Source: Thermus caldifontis (lineage in GTDB: Bacteria > Deinococcota > Deinococci > Deinococcales > Thermaceae). Taken from it: 32,000 bases of DNA. The DNA lies in assembly GCF_003336745.1 (NCBI RefSeq), contig NZ_KZ851833.1, forward strand, positions 65,454 through 97,453. Direction: 5' to 3'. The notes under the pieces were generated by a model, which saw only the letters and a program-made list of their open reading frames with translations, did no database searches and was not told where the DNA came from. Numbering within the stretch: the first letter of the stretch is position 1; every line of letters begins with the position of its first letter. Position numbers and translations under genes: made by a program. Positions 27,710 to 32,000 of this stretch are shown one piece after another.

Positions 27710-28879
27710 CTAGCTTACCTCAGGGTTCTCCAGTTGGTTACGTATGTGTTGGGCAGTGCCGGTGATTCCGCCTGGGGGTCCGATGCGGCGTTTGCCTTCT
27801 TGGCTAGCCTGAACGTAGGCTTCCTGAGCGTTGAGTAGGAAAAGGACTTCCGCGGCTATCCTATGTGGGTCGGCTTCGGTCAGGCGAAGGGCTGGGCCTA
27901 AGAGCCTCTTTTGTCGGCGGGCGAAGGCCCGGGTGTATTGGGGACCGGGTGTGGGGAAACCTACGATGGGAATGCCCAAGCCTGCGGCTTGCTCGCTAGC
28001 GGTTCCCGCGGTGGATAGGGCGAGGACGCTGCGGTGGAGGATGGCGGAGAAGGACCCCCGAAGAACCCAGGCGACCTTACCCGCCTTGGTGAGACGGAGG
28101 GTGTAGGCATCTTCTTCCTGGGCCTGCCAACCGGGTAAGGGAGGAAGGGCGTTCCATGCCTTAGCCCAGGCCACCACAGGGGTCAAGGGAACGCGAAGGC
28201 TGGCTTCCAGCATAAGGGGTAGACTGAAACTTTCATCTCCACGAGTCCCCGGGATAAGGGCCATGACTGGAGCCTCGCCCACCAAAGGGTCGAGGTCACG
28301 CTCAGGGGGAGGCAAAAGATCCATGGCGAAGCTACCGTACCAATACGCATGATGGACCCCTAGGCTCTTAAGGCGTTCCAGGCTTTTTAGGTCACGCACG
28401 AAGACCGCCTTCACCGAGCGATGAAGAAGCCGTTCGTAGGGGGTGAAGTCGCTTCCTCCCCAGACTAGCGCTAACTCCAAGAAGGATGCGTTTTCCAAGT
28501 AGTATGTAGAAACAAGGGGATTGACGTGAAAGATGGGAGCGCCCTTTGCCGCCAAGAGGCCTACGGTTAAGGCGTACGCATCTCCTACTACTATCACTGC
28601 ATCAACCAAAAGGGAGCGCGCTGCACGCCACTGAGCAAGGGTCATGGAGATAAAACCTGCCTTGAGGTCTGCTAGGAGGTTTTGCCAACTACCGAAGAGG
28701 AAGCCACCCGAAGGCATCGATTTACGTGGCCCGAGGATTGCCTGGGCTATTCCCACGTATGCGTTCCCCTGACCCACTAGGGGTAAGGCTAAGATTTCCT
28801 TTCCTGAAGCCAGATGTTGGGCTATGCGGGCTCCGATGGCGTCCTCGGTGGGACCGTTGGAGACAAAAACTATTTTCAT
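27710..28879 (-). CDS. lipid-A-disaccharide-synthase-related (LpxB-like, GT-B) protein
   Basis: Trimmed to ATG 28879 after GAGGTGA. MKIVFVSNGPTEDAIGARIAQHL...PSGGF...VVGD..., a pattern I associate with the LpxB-related family found in Deinococcus-Thermus and cyanobacteria. The assignment is from memory and needs a profile search. Confidence 0.5.
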   Translation of the reverse strand: MKIVFVSNGPTEDAIGARIAQHLASGKEILALPLVGQGNAYVGIAQAILGPRKSMPSGGFLFGSWQNLLADLKAGFISMTLAQWRAARSLLVDAVIVVGDAYALTVGLLAAKGAPIFHVNPLVSTYYLENASFLELALVWGGSDFTPYERLLHRSVKAVFVRDLKSLERLKSLGVHHAYWYGSFAMDLLPPPERDLDPLVGEAPVMALIPGTRGDESFSLPLMLEASLRVPLTPVVAWAKAWNALPPLPGWQAQEEDAYTLRLTKAGKVAWVLRGSFSAILHRSVLALSTAGTASEQAAGLGIPIVGFPTPGPQYTRAFARRQKRLLGPALRLTEADPHRIAAEVLFLLNAQEAYVQASQEGKRRIGPPGGITGTAQHIRNQLENPEVS

Positions 28880-28999
28880 ACGGAGTTCACCTCGGTGTGG
28901 CTTGAATCTACTGAGGATCAGGGACCGTGTAGCCTTCCCCGTGGCAGGAACCAACACGTTGCCATTATAGGTCGGGCATTGCCTTTGACTTAGTATAAA

Positions 29000-29845
29000 A
29001 TGGCTCACATGGAACTAGGCCTGATCACCGATACCGCTGCGGACCTGTCCCCCAGGATCCTGGAGGAGGAGGCCGTGGGCTTGGTGCCCATCTATGTCCA
29101 CCTGGCGGGCAGAAGGTACAAGGACTGGCAGGAACTTACCCCGGATGCCCTCTACCAAGCCATGCGGGCAGGGGCCGAGCCTGTGACCGAGCCTCCAGGG
29201 GTGGAGGACTTTGCCGAGGTTTATGAGCGCTACCTCCAGGTATACGACCGCATCCTTTCCCTCCACGTTTCGGGGGAGCTTTCCAAAACCGTGGATAGGG
29301 CGCGGGAGGCCGCCCTCAAGGTGGCCCCCACCCGCATCCGGGTGGTGGACTCGGGGATGGTGTCCGCAGGGCTTGGGGCCATGGTGCTCAGGGGGGTGGA
29401 AATGCTGAGGAAGGGGGCGGAGGAGGAGGCGGTGGTGCGGGAGTGGGAGAGGCTTAAGCATTCCAGTCTCTACTTCAGCGTGGCCGACTTATCCCACTTG
29501 GCCCGGAATGGCCGCCTTCCCCGCTTCGGGGAGGTGGTGGGCAACCTCCTCGGCCTTCGCCCCATCTTGCGGATTGAGAAGGGGCATATACGCTTCCTCA
29601 AAGTGGCCAGGGAGGGTGCGGTGCCCGAGGTCCTTGCCCGCCTCGTCCTCCAGGAGCTCAAAGGACGGCCTGCCCGCATCACCATCGCCCATACCGACGC
29701 CAGAACCGAGTGGATTGAGGGCTTAAAGAAAAGCTTGGAGGGGGCTTTGCGCCTGGAAAAGGGGCGTATCACGCGAAGCGGGGCCACCATCGCCGCCAAC
29801 GTGGGCCTTGGGGCTATAGCGGTCCACGCCTACTCGCTAGAATAG
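29000..29845 (+). CDS. DegV-family fatty-acid-binding protein
   Basis: MELGLITDTAADLSPRILEEEAVGLVPIYVHLAGRRYKD... and ...HVSGELSKT. 281 aa. The second ATG at 29009 is an alternative start. Confidence 0.8.
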   Translation: MAHMELGLITDTAADLSPRILEEEAVGLVPIYVHLAGRRYKDWQELTPDALYQAMRAGAEPVTEPPGVEDFAEVYERYLQVYDRILSLHVSGELSKTVDRAREAALKVAPTRIRVVDSGMVSAGLGAMVLRGVEMLRKGAEEEAVVREWERLKHSSLYFSVADLSHLARNGRLPRFGEVVGNLLGLRPILRIEKGHIRFLKVAREGAVPEVLARLVLQELKGRPARITIAHTDARTEWIEGLKKSLEGALRLEKGRITRSGATIAANVGLGAIAVHAYSLE

Positions 29846-29897
29846 GCAAAGGGTGCCCCTCCGGCCCCAGGGCCAGGGGGGTAGGTGTTTCTTGCCC

Positions 29898-32000
29898 ATG
29901 GAGATCGCCCTGGAACGGGAACGCTACTACGGCCACCGCCTGGCTGTGCCTCAGGTGGTGGCGGCCTTGCTCTTTTCCCAGGAGAGGCCTCCGGCCGTTC
30001 TCTTGGCCCCGGAGGAGCGGCTAGGGCGCTACCGGGACCTTGGGGCCTTTGGTGGGCCCGTTTATGTGAACCCTGGCCTCGAGGCCTGGGAGGAGCGGGC
30101 CCTTTTCGTGATGAGTTACGGGGAGGCCCTGGCGCCCTTCCCTGAGGACCCCTCCGCCTGGCGCCTGGTGCTGGAGGTGGGGCGGAGCTACCCTCGGGGG
30201 GAACTTGTGGACCGCTTCTTGCGGATGGGGTACGCCCGGGATGAGGATTACCGGGTGTTGGGGGAGGTTTTGGAGCTGGGCGAGGTGCGCTTGGAGTTCT
30301 TCGGGGACGAGCTGGAGCGCCTCCGGGTGGCCGGGGAGGAAAGGAGGCGGCACGTCCTATTGCCCAAACCGGGAAAGGCGGAAGCCTTTTCCTCCAGGAA
30401 AATCCTCCACTTTCCGGGCCCCGTGTATCTGGACACCCCGGCTCTGGCCCCAAAGGAGGTTTGGCCCCTTTTAGGGGGGCGTCAGGTGGTGGCCCTAGGG
30501 GGCGGGGTGGAGCTTCCCCTCTGGGACCTGGGGGTGAGGCCTCTTTCCCCGTACCGGGGAAGCCTTAAGGCCTTGGAAAGGGACTTGGCCCGCTGGCTTG
30601 AGGAGGGGAGGCGGGTTAGCCTCTTCGTGGCCCACGAGCGTACCCTGGACTACCTGAAAAGGCGCCTTGCCCTCTTCCAACCCCAGGTGCTCCCGCGCTT
30701 TCCCGGACCCAAGGGCCAGCTTTCCCTGTTCCGGGGAGCCTTTGAGGGGGGAGGGGAGTGGGGGGAGGAGGTTCTGCTTACCGAGGCCTTGGTCTTTGCC
30801 ACGGGAGCGGTGCGGTCCAGGGTGCGGGTGGGGGAGGGTCTTGCCGACCCCGGGGCCCTTTCCCCTGGGGATTTCCTCATCCACCCTGAGCACGGCGTGG
30901 GCCAGTACCTGGGGCTGGAAACCCGGGAGGTTTTGGGGGTGAGGCGGGACTACCTGGTCCTCCGCTACAAGGGGGAGGGAAAGCTCTACCTTCCGGTGGA
31001 AGGGCTACCCCTTCTCAAGCGCCATCCCGGCACCACGGATGACCCTCCGGAGCTCTCTTCCCTGGGCAAAGGGGAATGGCAGCGGCTCAAGGAAAAGGCC
31101 AGGAAGGATGTGGAGGAGCTGGCGGCAAGGCTCCTCGTCCTTCAGGCCAAGCGCAAGGCTACCCCGGGCCGGGCCTTCCCCCCCTTGCCGGAGTGGGATC
31201 CCCTGATCGAAAGGGGTTTTCCCCACCAGCTGACCCCGGATCAGAAGCAGGCCTTAGAGGAGGTCTTGCGAGACCTCGAGGCCCCTTTCCCCATGGACCG
31301 GCTCATCTCCGGGGACGTGGGCTTTGGCAAGACGGAGATCGCCCTCAGGGCCGCCCACCGGGTGGTGGGACACGGGGCCCAGGTGGCCTTTTTGGTGCCC
31401 ACCACCCTCTTGGCAGAGCAGCACGGCAAGACCTTCCGCGAGCGCTTTGCTGGGCTTCCCCTGCGCATAGGGGTCCTTTCCCGCTTCACCCCGGTCAAAG
31501 AGGAGGAGGCCATCCTCAAGGGCCTCGAGGCGGGCACGGTGGACGTGGTCATCGGTACCCACCGCCTCCTCCAGCCCGACGTTCGCTTTAAGGACCTGGG
31601 GCTTCTCATCGTGGACGAGGAGCACCGCTTCGGCGTGGCCCAGAAGGAGCGGATCCGCGAGCTGAAGGCCGAGGTGGATACCCTTTACCTTTCCGCCACC
31701 CCCATTCCCCGCACCCTTTACTCCGCCCTGGTGGGCTTGAAGGATCTTTCCAGCATCAAGACCCCTCCTCCGGGCCGGAAGCCCATCCGCACCTTCCTCG
31801 CTCCCTTTGATCCCCTATTGGTACGGGAGGCCATCCTCCTGGAACTGGAAAGGGGGGGCAAGGTCTTTTACGTGCACGATCGGGTGGCCTCCATTGAGGC
31901 AAGGAGGCGTTACCTGGAAAATCTGGTGCCCGAGGCCCGCATCGGGGTGGTGCACGGCAAGATGCCCGAGGGACTTGTGGAGGAGACCATGCTCCTCTTT
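29898..32000 (+). CDS. mfd: transcription-repair coupling factor, N-terminal 701 codons (continues beyond the window end; absent from the ORF track)
   Basis: Hand translation from ATG 29898 is open to the window end. [16 protein letters not shown] (RNAP-interaction/CarD-like domain), [15 protein letters not shown] (Walker A), IVDEEHRFG (DEEH box), [10 protein letters not shown]. Confidence 0.9.
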   Translation, partial: MEIALERERYYGHRLAVPQVVAALLFSQERPPAVLLAPEERLGRYRDLGAFGGPVYVNPGLEAWEERALFVMSYGEALAPFPEDPSAWRLVLEVGRSYPRGELVDRFLRMGYARDEDYRVLGEVLELGEVRLEFFGDELERLRVAGEERRRHVLLPKPGKAEAFSSRKILHFPGPVYLDTPALAPKEVWPLLGGRQVVALGGGVELPLWDLGVRPLSPYRGSLKALERDLARWLEEGRRVSLFVAHERTLDYLKRRLALFQPQVLPRFPGPKGQLSLFRGAFEGGGEWGEEVLLTEALVFATGAVRSRVRVGEGLADPGALSPGDFLIHPEHGVGQYLGLETREVLGVRRDYLVLRYKGEGKLYLPVEGLPLLKRHPGTTDDPPELSSLGKGEWQRLKEKARKDVEELAARLLVLQAKRKATPGRAFPPLPEWDPLIERGFPHQLTPDQKQALEEVLRDLEAPFPMDRLISGDVGFGKTEIALRAAHRVVGHGAQVAFLVPTTLLAEQHGKTFRERFAGLPLRIGVLSRFTPVKEEEAILKGLEAGTVDVVIGTHRLLQPDVRFKDLGLLIVDEEHRFGVAQKERIRELKAEVDTLYLSATPIPRTLYSALVGLKDLSSIKTPPPGRKPIRTFLAPFDPLLVREAILLELERGGKVFYVHDRVASIEARRRYLENLVPEARIGVVHGKMPEGLVEETMLLF
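30000..30030. repeat. 31-bp segment inside mfd (codons ~35-45) that is duplicated at 27565-27595
   Basis: Exact match read directly from the sequence. Confidence 0.9.

Noticed and set aside
28985-29000. TTGACT (28985-28990) plus TATAAA (28994-28999) as a degV promoter
   Set aside because: The two boxes are only 3 nt apart, so they cannot form one promoter. Individual -10-like boxes are present in this divergent region (TATACT on the minus strand at 28997-28992, TATAAT on the minus strand at 28969-28964). I could not assign them confidently.

Overview
This is a high-GC chromosomal segment that looks like Thermus (Deinococcus-Thermus), judged from composition, GGAGG Shine-Dalgarno sites, TATACT -10 boxes and gene content. 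That assignment is an inference. The backbone is housekeeping. It holds a SAM-I riboswitch-controlled metY-metX operon, tRNA-Pro(CGG), a Na/Pi-cotransporter/PhoU protein, rsmD-coaD, an aldehyde dehydrogenase, aroH, a PIG-L deacetylase and a ClC channel. It continues with an amidohydrolase/GNAT/NSAR-OSBS operon, serS, gatC, DUF554, an MnmC-like methyltransferase, a glycosylation/glycolipid-type cluster (deacetylase, MFS, GT2, GT4, GT2, glf, GT4 pseudogene, LpxB-like), degV and mfd. Two open-ended genes (metX at the left edge, mfd at the right edge) and several very small phage genes are missing from the supplied ORF track. I recovered them by hand translation. The outstanding feature is a ~6.7 kb lower-GC insertion (about 8522-15190, all genes on the minus strand). 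It is a complete filamentous-phage (inovirus) prophage in the classical Ff gene order: Rep, ssDNA-binding-like protein, three tiny hydrophobic proteins, a 46-aa major coat protein, a pIII-like protein, a pVI-like protein and Zot/pI. Its last gene is an IS110-family DEDD recombinase. The ~150-nt untranslated leader of that recombinase carries 8-9-mers that match both prophage termini and the host flank at a shared CAGAC/GTCTG core. I read this as a candidate bridge-RNA-guided phage integration module. Secondary points of interest are a long GC-rich imperfect hairpin inside the prophage and a Zot ATPase that lacks its transmembrane segment, with an overlapping +1-frame TM/Cys4 ORF. There is also a chimeric GT4 pseudogene built from a 106-bp duplication plus a 31-bp copy of mfd sequence, and a sharp compositional mosaic inside a GT2 gene. 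No CRISPR array and no rRNA were seen.
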